A DNA stretch of 64,000 nt from Candidatus Doudnabacteria bacterium (GCA_031291995.1 JARLHZ010000022.1:11330-75329), one strand, 5' to 3'. Numbered from the stretch's first letter, positions 26,249-35,317 are shown. Numbers and translations: made by a program. The notes: generated by a model from the letters alone, not told the origin.

Positions 26249-27472
26249 ATGCCGACAAAAATACAGTCGAATATGAGAGTCCCTTACGGCCTGTCCGTAC
26301 ATGGGCAGGAAGAAATAGACGCTGTTGTTGAAGTTTTAAAAGGCAATACCGCCCTGGGCGACAAGGTGAAGGAGTTTGAAAATAAGGTTGCCAAAATGTT
26401 CGGGAAAAAGTATGGGGTAATGGTTAACTCCGGCTCCAGTGCCAACCTTTTGGCTCTTGAACTTCTTAATTTACCCCGCGGCAGCGAAGTCATAACTCCC
26501 GTTTTAACTTTTTCCACCACTGTCGCGCCGATTGTCCAAAAGGGCTTGGTTCCGGTGTATGTCGATATCAACCCGCAAACATATATTGCGAACCTTAACC
26601 AGGTCGAAAAAGCCATCGGCAAAAAAACCAAAGCTTTGATGATCCCGTCGTTAATGGGGAACATTCCAAACTTAAAGCGACTGCAGGCAATAGCGAAAAA
26701 ATACAAACTTTGGCTGATTGAAGATTCCTGCGATACCTTGGGCGGCAGTTATAACGGGCGGCCGAGCGGGACATATTCGGATATTTCCACAACAAGTTTT
26801 TACGGATCTCATGTTATTAACGGCGCGGGAGGGGGAGGCATGATTTGCGTTAATAATCCGGAGTGGGTGGATCGTTTGGTGGTACTTCGGGGTTGGGGCA
26901 GGCAGTCTTCTTTGTTTGGCGAAAAATCCAATTCCGAATTGCTCGCCAATCGTTTTCAAGGAAAAATTGACGGTACCCCTTACGATAATAAATTTATTTT
27001 CAGTGAAATCGGCTATAATTTTTTACCTCTGGAAATTTCGGCCGCCTTCGCGCTGGTCCAGCTAAAGAAGTATCCAAAATTTTTGGCTCTCCGCCAAAAA
27101 TATTTTGCGGAAATGTACAAATTTATAGAAAAAAAACATCAAAAATATTTTCTCCTGCCCAAACAAACGCCCAATACCAAAACCGCCTGGCTGGCTTTCC
27201 CCCTTATTATCAAACCCGGCGCGCCGTTTACCCGCCTGGACATAGTGACGTTTTTGGAAAATAATAATGTCCAGACCAGACCGGTGTTTACCGGAAGCAT
27301 TTTAAAGCAGCCCGGCTTTAAAAATATCAGGCATCGCAATGCCGTCAATAATTTTCCCCATTCGGAAGACGTCATGAAGAACGCTTTTGTCGTAGCCTGC
27401 CATCATGGCTTGTCGGATCGGCAAATTAAATATTTGCAGGAATGCTTTAATGAATTTTTAGCAGCTTTTTAA
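26249..27472 (+). CDS. RfbH/ColD-type PLP/PMP-dependent sugar 3-dehydrase (DegT family), lacking the E1 [2Fe-2S] cysteine motif
   Basis: The first ATG is at 26249 (the ORF track starts at a GTG, 26225). 'NSGSSANLLALELL', 'WLIEDSCDTLG', 'TTSFYGSHVING' (His where aminotransferases carry the Schiff-base Lys) and 'QTRPVFTGSILKQPGF' parallel RfbH/DdhC. The region matching the RfbH Cys cluster (CYCAPGCDNTCGKRF) reads 'WGRQSSLFGEKSNSELLANRF'. Confidence 0.7.
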   Translation: MPTKIQSNMRVPYGLSVHGQEEIDAVVEVLKGNTALGDKVKEFENKVAKMFGKKYGVMVNSGSSANLLALELLNLPRGSEVITPVLTFSTTVAPIVQKGLVPVYVDINPQTYIANLNQVEKAIGKKTKALMIPSLMGNIPNLKRLQAIAKKYKLWLIEDSCDTLGGSYNGRPSGTYSDISTTSFYGSHVINGAGGGGMICVNNPEWVDRLVVLRGWGRQSSLFGEKSNSELLANRFQGKIDGTPYDNKFIFSEIGYNFLPLEISAAFALVQLKKYPKFLALRQKYFAEMYKFIEKKHQKYFLLPKQTPNTKTAWLAFPLIIKPGAPFTRLDIVTFLENNNVQTRPVFTGSILKQPGFKNIRHRNAVNNFPHSEDVMKNAFVVACHHGLSDRQIKYLQECFNEFLAAF

Positions 27473-27473
27473 A

Positions 27474-28424
27474 ATGACAAATCCGAGTACTCCTCCCATA
27501 TTAAGTATTTGCATACCGACTTTTTCCCGCTCTCATTTTCTGCGGGAATGCCTGGACAGTATTACCGCGCAGTTTTCGGACGAGGCTATCCGTTCGGTTG
27601 TGGAAATCGCGGTTTCCGACAACGCGAGTACGGACGATACCGAAGCGGTGGTAAAGAGTTACCAAAAAAAATATCCCAACATCCGTTACAGCCGTAATGC
27701 CGAAAATTTGGGTTTTGACCGCAACGTGGCTGCGGCGCTTGCGCTTGGTGGTGGCAGGTTTTTATGGCTGATGAGCGATGATGAAATGCTGGCGCCGGAG
27801 GCTTTAAAATTTATTTTGCCTTTGCTGCTGGGGCATCCGCAAGTGGCTTATTTTTGCGTCAACCACGGCGGCCTGCCGCGGGACACGGAATTTGAGGTCT
27901 TTTCGGATGGCAGCGCCTGGCTGGATAGTTTGGGTTTGACCGGCGGTTTAATTTCGCAGAATATTTACAACCGGGATTTTTTGCCGGCAGATATCTCCCG
28001 GTATTACGGCAATTACTGGATACATTATTCGCTGGCGTTTGAAGTTATGGCCGCGCATCCGGCCATGCTGGTAAAAAAATTATTTTTGGATCCGCCACAA
28101 GAGCGTGAGTGCGGCTGGGCGGAAGGCGGGCACGCCCTGACTGTTTATAACAGTTTAAATGCCATCTTAAAAGGTTTGCCGGCTTTAGGTTACCGGCCAT
28201 CGGCCGTGCGCCGCCGGCTGCGGGATATGGCCAAAGGGCTGGCGAGGCAGGTTGCTTCCTCTAAAATACACAATTTAAAAATTTCCGCGGCTGTTTTTAA
28301 AAAACTTTGCCGCGATTATGGGGCATATCCCTGGTGGCTGCTGCCGGCGCTGGCGGTTTATTTATGCCCCAACGCCTGGCTGCGGCCGTTGCGGGGTGCC
28401 GTAAAAGCCGCCGGGGTAATTTGA
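27474..28424 (+). CDS. Glycosyltransferase family 2
   Basis: 316 aa. 'LSICIPTFSRSHFLRECLDSITAQ...SDNASTDDT' is the GT-A DXD-type N-terminus. Confidence 0.7.
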   Translation: MTNPSTPPILSICIPTFSRSHFLRECLDSITAQFSDEAIRSVVEIAVSDNASTDDTEAVVKSYQKKYPNIRYSRNAENLGFDRNVAAALALGGGRFLWLMSDDEMLAPEALKFILPLLLGHPQVAYFCVNHGGLPRDTEFEVFSDGSAWLDSLGLTGGLISQNIYNRDFLPADISRYYGNYWIHYSLAFEVMAAHPAMLVKKLFLDPPQERECGWAEGGHALTVYNSLNAILKGLPALGYRPSAVRRRLRDMAKGLARQVASSKIHNLKISAAVFKKLCRDYGAYPWWLLPALAVYLCPNAWLRPLRGAVKAAGVI

Positions 28425-28443
28425 TCATTATACAGTTTGCTAT

Positions 28444-29493
28444 ATGGTGCCAAAAAAATTAGTAGTCTTGGATTTTGACGAGCCGCGCCTGCTGGAGAAT
28501 AAGATTTTCAATCCGGCGGAAGCCATAAAAGTCAGCCATACTATTTTGCCGACTTGTTATTTGCAGCGCCAAGCCGCGTTGCTGGGCATTGCTATGGTGA
28601 CCCCCGACGTCTACCTGCGCGGCCGTCCGCTTCCGGCTTTAATGCTGTCCCACCTGCATACCTCCTGGACCAAACGGCTGATTGGCGCCGGCGCCCGCCC
28701 GATAATTTTGACCTGCCAGGAGTCGCCGTTCATTGCCACGCGGTTTTACGCTAACTTAAAAAATTACAGCGGACTATATAAACATTCCTTTGTGTTCGCG
28801 GGAATGAGAAAAAGGTTGTCGTCGAAAACCCAGTATCGCCAGATGTTTTTCCCCCAGGCCTATAACCCGGCGGTTATTGCGGAAGTGCCGTTCGGACAAA
28901 GAAAATTTTTGACAATGATCAGCGGCAATAAGCGGATGGGCAATTGGAAAAAAACTTTGCTGATAAAATTCATGTATGGCTGGGGTATAAAAGAAATTTA
29001 CTCATTGCGCCAGCGCGTAATTAATTTGATGGCCACCCGCGGGGGTTTTGACCTGTATGGCGTTGGCTGGGACAGGGGCGGCTTAAATCCGGGCGACACG
29101 TCCAATATAAAAAAAGTTTATCGGGGTAAAGTGGACGACAAAACCGAAACACTGCGGCAATACAAGTTCGCTTTTTGTTTTGAAAACAGCGTTTTTCCCG
29201 GCTACGTCACGGAAAAAATTTTTGACGTGATGTTCGCCGGCTGCGTGCCGGTGTATAACGGCGCGCCGGACATTAAAAATTTTGTGCCGGCCGGCGCCTT
29301 TATTGACGTCCGCGATTTTTCCGGCCTGGACCGGCTGGCGGAGTTTTTGGAAAATATGGACGAATCCGTTTATAATAGATATATGGCAAACATAAAAAAA
29401 TATTTGGCTTCGCCGGAGTTTTTAAAATTTTCCCAGGAAAATTTTGCTGAAAATATTTTGGGGATTTTGGAACAGGAGTTCAATAATGAGTAA
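28444..29493 (+). CDS. GT10-like alpha-1,3-fucosyltransferase family glycosyltransferase
   Basis: 349 aa. 'YKFAFCFENSVFPGYVTEKIFDVMFAGCVPVY' matches the FucT signature (FxxxFENS...GYxTEK). The locus also carries a GDP-fucose supply (gmd and fcl). Confidence 0.6.
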   Translation: MVPKKLVVLDFDEPRLLENKIFNPAEAIKVSHTILPTCYLQRQAALLGIAMVTPDVYLRGRPLPALMLSHLHTSWTKRLIGAGARPIILTCQESPFIATRFYANLKNYSGLYKHSFVFAGMRKRLSSKTQYRQMFFPQAYNPAVIAEVPFGQRKFLTMISGNKRMGNWKKTLLIKFMYGWGIKEIYSLRQRVINLMATRGGFDLYGVGWDRGGLNPGDTSNIKKVYRGKVDDKTETLRQYKFAFCFENSVFPGYVTEKIFDVMFAGCVPVYNGAPDIKNFVPAGAFIDVRDFSGLDRLAEFLENMDESVYNRYMANIKKYLASPEFLKFSQENFAENILGILEQEFNNE

Positions 29494-30412
29494 AGTCACC
29501 ATTGCCGTCCCGACATACAACCGGCCGGAATTTCTGGCGGAAAGCCTTAGGAGTATTCTCAATCAGGCATTCCAGGATTTTGAAATAATTATTTTTGATA
29601 ACCACAGCGATTACGACGTACGGGCCGCCCTGAAAGCGAAGGCGCTGGACGACCCGCGCATCAGCCTGATCCAAACTCCGGTTAACCTGGGCGGCCCGGA
29701 AAATTTCCACCGAATTTTTCGCCAACGGTACGCTTCCGAATATGTCATGGTCTTCCACGACGATGACACCATGCACCCCGAACTGCTCTCGCGCCAGCTG
29801 AAAGTTATGGAGTCGCGCGCGGACGCGATTTGGGCCGGCACGGATTTGCGTTTTGTCCATCGCGGCGCGCGGATGGGAATTTTTGCGGAGGCGGGGCCGG
29901 AGATAAAATTTGGCGTTTATGATAAAGTCGGAATCGTGCGTCTGCTGCTGACTAATTTTAACCTGGCATTTGACACTGTGTTATATCGCAGCAGGTACCT
30001 GGAAGATATTGAGCCTTTCAACCGTGACTTTTCCAAGTGGGGGGACAGGCCGTACCTGGTTCGTTTGGCGGAAAAAGGCTCCGTAGTTGTACTTAAGGAG
30101 AGGCTGGTAAATTACCGGATGCATCCCGGCCAGGATTCCAAGCTGGCGCCGGTTGGCCAAGCAGATTTTATTTTTAAGCTTTATGGATTTTATCGCGACA
30201 ATCTTCCGCAGCCTTTACTGCCGGTGGACGAAAAATTATTCAGATCCTGGGCGGCAAACAACAGCGTACTGCCGGCGGCGGCCTTCGTAAAAAATTTTCA
30301 TGATTACCGAAAATTACTGTGGCAATTTAAAGACAAGGGTTTTTTTGATTACCGATACATTAATGCCCGGGGAATTTGGTATTTTTTAAAAGCGATTAAA
30401 AAATTCATCTGA
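29486..30412 (+). CDS. Glycosyltransferase family 2
   Basis: Start at the ATG at 29486 (MSKVTIAVPTYNRPEFLAESLRSILNQAFQDFEIIIFDNHSDYD). The ORF-track start at 29444 overlaps the upstream gene. Confidence 0.7.
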   Translation: MSKVTIAVPTYNRPEFLAESLRSILNQAFQDFEIIIFDNHSDYDVRAALKAKALDDPRISLIQTPVNLGGPENFHRIFRQRYASEYVMVFHDDDTMHPELLSRQLKVMESRADAIWAGTDLRFVHRGARMGIFAEAGPEIKFGVYDKVGIVRLLLTNFNLAFDTVLYRSRYLEDIEPFNRDFSKWGDRPYLVRLAEKGSVVVLKERLVNYRMHPGQDSKLAPVGQADFIFKLYGFYRDNLPQPLLPVDEKLFRSWAANNSVLPAAAFVKNFHDYRKLLWQFKDKGFFDYRYINARGIWYFLKAIKKFI

Positions 30413-30420
30413 AATAAACT

Positions 30421-31356
30421 ATGCTGCCTCCGACAAAAGTGTTATTAAAGGGTCTGGCCACGTTTATCCCCGGCGCTTACGCGCTGTTTTCTAAAGGCAC
30501 GGGCGGCACGGGCTCGGCGCGGTATTGTTACAGTGTCTGGCTGAGGCATTTGGTGCTGGCAAAAAAATCCGGGCGTTTAAACCGGTTCCCGTCAGTCATA
30601 GCCGAATTAGGGCCGGGCGATTCTTTGGGTATCGGTTTGGCGGCGCTGTTGTCTGGCGCCGATAAATATTATGGCTTGGACGTGGTGAGGCATACCGACA
30701 CCCGAACCAATTTAAAAATTTTTGAACAATTAATTGAATTGTTCAAGCGGCAAGCCCCAATTCCCGACAGCCGGGAATTTCCCAACATTTATCCTTTATT
30801 GGATAATTATGAATTCCCGTCGGATATTTTAACCGTCGAGCTGCTGCAAAAAACGCTCGCGGCGGAGCGTTTGTGGCAGTTGCGGAAGGATATAGAAGCG
30901 TCAAGCGAAAAATTTATTGCTTATTTTGTGCCTTGGGATGACGCCAAAGTCATCAAACCTAATTCCGTGGATTTTATTTATTCCCAATTCGTCCTGGAGC
31001 ACGTCAATAGCCTGGAACTGACCTACGGGTCTTTAAACCGGTGGCTCAAGCCCGGCGGCTTAATGTCCCATATGGTGGATTTTCGCTGTCACGGCACGGC
31101 CACAAAGTGGAACGGGCAGTGGGCGTACTCCGATTTTATGTGGAAATTAATTAAGGGTGGCCGGCCGTTTTTATTAAACCGGCAACCGGCATCGGCGCAC
31201 ATTCAATTGTTGGAAAAATTCGGGTTTAACATCATCAACAGCTTAAAGTTTACGTCCAATGACGGGATAGCGCGCGCTAATCTGTCCGCGGCTTTCAAAA
31301 ATTTGGCAGACGACGATTTAAAGACCTGGGGGTTGTTTGTCCAAGCCACAAAGTAA
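30421..31356 (+). CDS. Class I SAM-dependent methyltransferase-like protein
   Basis: 311 aa. 'VIAELGPGDSLGIGLAALLSGADKYYGLDV' is a motif-I-like glycine-rich loop with an acidic residue at the end of beta2. Confidence 0.45.
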   Translation: MLPPTKVLLKGLATFIPGAYALFSKGTGGTGSARYCYSVWLRHLVLAKKSGRLNRFPSVIAELGPGDSLGIGLAALLSGADKYYGLDVVRHTDTRTNLKIFEQLIELFKRQAPIPDSREFPNIYPLLDNYEFPSDILTVELLQKTLAAERLWQLRKDIEASSEKFIAYFVPWDDAKVIKPNSVDFIYSQFVLEHVNSLELTYGSLNRWLKPGGLMSHMVDFRCHGTATKWNGQWAYSDFMWKLIKGGRPFLLNRQPASAHIQLLEKFGFNIINSLKFTSNDGIARANLSAAFKNLADDDLKTWGLFVQATK

Positions 31357-31359
31357 TTT

Positions 31360-32385
31360 ATGATTAATATCATTTCCAAAAGTTATTGCAGCCGGCTGGT
31401 TTCTGGGCCGAAGAAGGTTGTGGATAATTTAATTAAGGGCCTGGATTTAATCGGCTACCCGTATGTCGTCAATCGCCGACTGGATGCTTGCCGGAGATTA
31501 TGGATCCACGATGACGCCGCGGCCCTGAAAAAAATCAATAAACTGCCCGGCAATATTAAAGTTGTCCTTGGGCCGAATTTATTTGTTTTGCCCCGCCAGA
31601 TCCCGCCGGACATTAACCTGTCAGCTGCGGTGTACCTGCAGCCTTCAGACTGGGTCAGGAATTTTTGGAAAGAGTTTGGCTTTAATAAGTGCCCGATCGC
31701 GGTTTGGCCTGCCGGCATAGATACCGCGGAGTTTTCGCCGGTGCCGGCTCATAAGCGGCAAGTCATTCTTTATTATAAGCAGCGCCAGGCCGGGGAATTA
31801 GCTCAAGTAAAACGGGCTTTGAGCAGTAAAAATATCGGCTACCATGTGTTATACTATGGTAAATACTCGGAGAAAGATTATAAGAGACATTTGGCCTCCG
31901 CGCGCTATATGGTCTGGCTGGGCAGGCAGGAAAGCCAGGGTATAGCCCTGGAAGAGGCCTTGTCGGCGGATGTTCCTGTTATAGTATGCGACGTGAAAAA
32001 TTTGGGACACTGGTCGGCCAGCCAAAAAGAGATGGCGGTATTTAATCAGGGTGAAAACGCTTATGCGGGCGTCACCAGCTGTCCTTACTTTGACGCTTCC
32101 TGTGGCGTACAAATTAAAGATTTGGACGGCCTTGACCAGGCTTTGGAAGATATGGAAGCGGGGTGGAAAAATTTTCAGCCGCGGCGGTATGTATTAAACA
32201 ATCTAAGCTTGGAAAAACAGGCCAGGGATTTTGTCGGGATTTTCGGCAAATATTTTGGGTTGAGCTATGAAGATGGGCTTAAAGAAAGGTTGTTAAAAAA
32301 AGGGGATTGGGTTAATTCTTATCCGCTGGCCCGGGTTAAATTTTTTGTTAAAGATTTTACAAAGGGCTTCAATAATTTTAAATAA
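31360..32385 (+). CDS. Putative GT-B fold glycosyltransferase (divergent GT1/GT4-like)
   Basis: 341 aa. 'IAVWPAGIDTAEFSP' and 'ESQGIALEEALSADVPVIVCD' resemble the GT4 C-terminal EX7E region. The family assignment is weak. Confidence 0.4.
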   Translation: MINIISKSYCSRLVSGPKKVVDNLIKGLDLIGYPYVVNRRLDACRRLWIHDDAAALKKINKLPGNIKVVLGPNLFVLPRQIPPDINLSAAVYLQPSDWVRNFWKEFGFNKCPIAVWPAGIDTAEFSPVPAHKRQVILYYKQRQAGELAQVKRALSSKNIGYHVLYYGKYSEKDYKRHLASARYMVWLGRQESQGIALEEALSADVPVIVCDVKNLGHWSASQKEMAVFNQGENAYAGVTSCPYFDASCGVQIKDLDGLDQALEDMEAGWKNFQPRRYVLNNLSLEKQARDFVGIFGKYFGLSYEDGLKERLLKKGDWVNSYPLARVKFFVKDFTKGFNNFK

Positions 32386-32393
32386 TCGGAACG

Positions 32394-32642
32394 ATGATGG
32401 CTCTGAAACATTACATTTCCATTGCCCGGCCTAACCATTGGTTTAAAAATATTTTTATTTTGCCCGGGGTCATTTTGGCGACACTGCTGACCCATAAGTC
32501 CTGGCAGGAGGTTATTTTTAATTTATTTGTCGGTTTTTTGGTGGCATGTTTAATCGCTTCGGCAAATTATACCATTAACGAATGGCTGGATGCGGAGTTT
32601 GACCGGTATCATCCTTTAAGAGAGTTAATATCCCAATGGTGA
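32394..32642 (+). pseudogene. N-terminal fragment of a UbiA-family prenyl/phosphoribosyltransferase (decaprenyl-phosphate phosphoribosyltransferase-like), truncated at 82 aa
   Basis: 'ARPNHWFKNIFILPGVILA...ASANYTINEWLDAEFDRYHP' carries the first Asp-rich motif (NxxxDxxxD). The gene stops after 82 aa and is overlapped by the next gene. Full-length homologues are about 290 aa. Confidence 0.4.
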
Positions 32643-33367
32643 AAAAGACCTTGAAAAAAATTTGGCGGATGGTTTTGAACGCGTTAAGCGGCGCATTTTG
32701 GTATAGCAGAGATTTAATCCGCTACCGTCGGATTTTACGGCCTGCCGGGGATGCATTTTATTTGTTTCCTCGGATTTTTGACAAAAATCCTTCCTCCCAT
32801 ACTTTTGACAAACATTACGTTTATATGGATAGGTGGGCTTTTAAACATATAATGTCGGCCAGGCCGGCGGAACATGTGGACATTGGTTCTTCCATCCGGT
32901 TTTTATCTATGGCCAGTACCGTGGTCAAGTTGAAGTTTGTAGACATCAGACCGGTTCATTTGGATTTTGACAATTTTGAATGCATAGAAGGAAGTATTTT
33001 AAAACTGCCGTTTGCCGACAATTCCGTAGCGTCTTTATCCTGTCTGCACGTGGCGGAACACATCGGTCTTGGACGCTATGGCGACCCGCTTGACGTTGAT
33101 GGAACAAAAAATGCCTGCCGGGAACTGGCGCGAGTGTTATCGCCGGGAGGAAAATTATATTTTGCTTTACCGGTTGGCAAATCGGCAATTTATTTTAACG
33201 CGCACCGCGTGCATAGTCCGCAAACAATAGTTGAGTACTTTTCGGGCCTTAAGTTATTGAGTTTTGCCGCAGTCAATGATGCCGGGCATTTTATAGCGCA
33301 AGCTAAAACCCAGGATTTTTTAAACGCCAATTACTCCTGCGGGATGTTTGAATTCACAAAAATATAG
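32636..33367 (+). CDS. SAM-dependent methyltransferase (DUF268/Methyltransf_11-like)
   Basis: 243 aa. 'VDIGSSIRFLSMAS' and 'LSPGGKLYFALPVGK' are methyltransferase-fold signatures. Confidence 0.5.
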   Translation: MVKKTLKKIWRMVLNALSGAFWYSRDLIRYRRILRPAGDAFYLFPRIFDKNPSSHTFDKHYVYMDRWAFKHIMSARPAEHVDIGSSIRFLSMASTVVKLKFVDIRPVHLDFDNFECIEGSILKLPFADNSVASLSCLHVAEHIGLGRYGDPLDVDGTKNACRELARVLSPGGKLYFALPVGKSAIYFNAHRVHSPQTIVEYFSGLKLLSFAAVNDAGHFIAQAKTQDFLNANYSCGMFEFTKI

Positions 33368-33369
33368 CA

Positions 33370-33662
33370 ATGTCCATTAAGGAAAAAATTTACCAGCACT
33401 TTCGGCGGAAGACCAATACGACCAGTTTTATTCCGCAAATTGACGGGTTGAGGTTTTTAGTCATTATAATATCTCCCATTCCTACCCCCTGGATTATTTA
33501 TGGCATACTTTAGTTTTGCTTCCGGTTATCCTGATAATTTCCGCGGCCTTTTATCTGCTGATTGAGCGGCCATGCATGGATAAAGATTGGCCAACTAAAA
33601 TGTGGCATTGGTTAAAAATTTTTTTAAAGGTGCCGGTATTGCCCCGAATCAGCCAGAATTAG
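33370..33662 (+). pseudogene. Internally deleted acyltransferase-3 (OafA/O-acetyltransferase) family gene remnant
   Basis: The 47-aa ORF (33370-33513) 'MSIKEKIYQHFRRKTNTTSFIPQIDGLRFLVIIISPIP' matches the AT3 N-terminus (IP.lDGLR.lAi). A shifted frame at 33510-33662 encodes 'LVLLPVILIISAAFYLLIERPCM...', the typical AT3 C-terminus. About 250 aa of TM core is missing between them. Confidence 0.5.
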
Positions 33663-33674
33663 TAAAATAATGGA

Positions 33675-34481
33675 ATGCTAAAAAAGTTTTTAAAATTTTT
33701 ATCCGCCCCATTTTTGGGCAACAAATACCTGCAATGGTTTTATTCGGGGTTATTTTTTGTATCCTTAAAAGGCATGAATTTTGGCGGGGGCAGCAGTTAT
33801 GATGAAAGCGGCGAATCGTGGGTATTAAAAATGATGGCGCAAAAAATCTCTGAGCCGGCTATTATTTTTGACGGCGGCGCCAACCGGGGAAATTACGCCC
33901 TGATGGCCGATAAAATTTTAGGCGGACGCGGAACCGCGCCGCAAATTTACTGTTTTGAGCCTTCGGCCGAAACTTTTTCTCTTTTGGGAAAAAATCTCGG
34001 CGAACGAAAAAATATTCGGTTGATAAATCAAGGTTTGGGCGAGCGCGCAGGTTCTTTAACCCTTTACTCCAATGCTAAAGGGTCGGGCCTGGCCAGTGTT
34101 TATAATAGGGAACTTTTAGCAAGCGGCTCGGGTCCCCATTTGACCGAACAGGTCGGCATAATCAGCGTAGATGATTTTTGTACCCGTAATAAGATCGGGC
34201 ATATTGATTTGTTAAAACTGGACACAGAAGGCCACGAGTTGGCCGCTCTGCGCGGCGCGGCGCAAATGATAGCCCGGGGCGCCGTAGCCAATATCCAATT
34301 TGAGTTCGGCGGGACAGATATAGACGCCGGAGTATATTTTCGGGATTTTTACCGGCTGCTTTCGCCACGTTACCGGATTTTTCGAATTTTAAAAAATGGA
34401 CTCAGGCCGATTAATAAATATTCCGAATGGGATGAAATATTTATAACCACAAATTACTACGCAGAATTAAAAAGAAATTAG
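33675..34481 (+). CDS. FkbM-family SAM-dependent methyltransferase
   Basis: 268 aa. 'IFDGGANRGNYALMA...CFEPSAETFSLLGKNL' and 'IDLLKLDTEGHELAAL' are the FkbM domain hallmarks. Confidence 0.7.
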   Translation: MLKKFLKFLSAPFLGNKYLQWFYSGLFFVSLKGMNFGGGSSYDESGESWVLKMMAQKISEPAIIFDGGANRGNYALMADKILGGRGTAPQIYCFEPSAETFSLLGKNLGERKNIRLINQGLGERAGSLTLYSNAKGSGLASVYNRELLASGSGPHLTEQVGIISVDDFCTRNKIGHIDLLKLDTEGHELAALRGAAQMIARGAVANIQFEFGGTDIDAGVYFRDFYRLLSPRYRIFRILKNGLRPINKYSEWDEIFITTNYYAELKRN

Positions 34482-34503
34482 TGTCAAAGAGCACCTTTGA
34501 CAC
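34481..34503. repeat. REP unit (GTGTCAAAGAGCACCTTTGACAC, perfect palindrome variant)
   Basis: Same family as 821, 3771, 7951 and 8621. It lies immediately after the stop of the FkbM gene. Confidence 0.7.
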
Positions 34504-34512
34504 TACTGATTT

Positions 34513-35253
34513 ATGCCCAAAGTTTCCGTAAATATTTTAACCAAAAACCGCGCCGAGCGCTTAAAAAAAGCTCTGGAGTCGGTTTTGGCGCAGGGCTTTA
34601 AGGATTTTGAGGTTATTGTAGTTAATGACGGTTCTACCGATACGACCGCCGAAGTCTTAAAAAATTTTGCTTCCGTTCTGGACCTAAAAATTATCAGCCA
34701 TAACCTTTCGCTTGGTATTACTCAAAGCCGGCAGGAAGCTTTGGCGCTATCAACGGGGGATTACGTGGCTATTTTGGATGACGACGACGTTTGGCTAAAC
34801 CCCAATAAGCTAAAAAAACAGGCGGAGTTTTTGGACCACAACCCGAACTGTGTTTTAACCGGGGGCGGCATGGAAATTGACGGCGATGAAAATTCTTGTA
34901 TGGGCAAGTTCCGGCCCCAAAGCGACCGGGCCATCCGCAGTTCCATGTTGTTTAAAAACAATTTTTTTACCTCCACGGCCATGTTCCGGCGCGGGGCGGC
35001 CATACAGGCCGGGGGGTTTATCAGCCGGGGCGCGGACCTGGCCGAAGACTACGACCTCTGGCTGAGGCTGGGACTGCTCGGCCAATTTTATAATTTCCAT
35101 GAGGTATTTACCTTATACGCCAAACCGAAGTATAATAAGGAAAGGTTTAAGCGGTTTTTACAAAAGCAGCTGATGTTAATAGCAAAATACAAAAATGATT
35201 ACCCGGGCTTTTATTTAGCCAGCCTTATCCTCCGCCTCCGCTTAATTTTTTAA
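34513..35253 (+). CDS. Glycosyltransferase family 2
   Basis: 246 aa. 'VSVNILTKNRAERLKKALESVLAQGFKDFEVIVVNDGSTDTT' and the 'AILDDDD' DXD motif. Confidence 0.7.
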   Translation: MPKVSVNILTKNRAERLKKALESVLAQGFKDFEVIVVNDGSTDTTAEVLKNFASVLDLKIISHNLSLGITQSRQEALALSTGDYVAILDDDDVWLNPNKLKKQAEFLDHNPNCVLTGGGMEIDGDENSCMGKFRPQSDRAIRSSMLFKNNFFTSTAMFRRGAAIQAGGFISRGADLAEDYDLWLRLGLLGQFYNFHEVFTLYAKPKYNKERFKRFLQKQLMLIAKYKNDYPGFYLASLILRLRLIF

Positions 35254-35277
35254 ATCTCCCTCCTCGCCCCTAACTTT

Positions 35278-35312
35278 TAACTTGTCACTTGTCACTTGTA
35301 ACTTGTCACTAA
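35278..35312. repeat. Short tandem heptamer repeat (ACTTGTC/ACTTGTA x4-5) upstream of the initiating transferase
   Basis: aacttgtcacttgtcacttgtaacttgtcact lies directly 5' of the ATG at 35318. The preceding 25 nt are pyrimidine-rich (ctccctcctcgcccc). Confidence 0.5.
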
Positions 35313-35317
35313 TTCCC

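Noticed and set aside
26284-26959. Several 95-140-aa minus-strand ORFs inside the RfbH-like gene
   Set aside because: Shadow ORFs antisense to a strongly supported DegT-family CDS.
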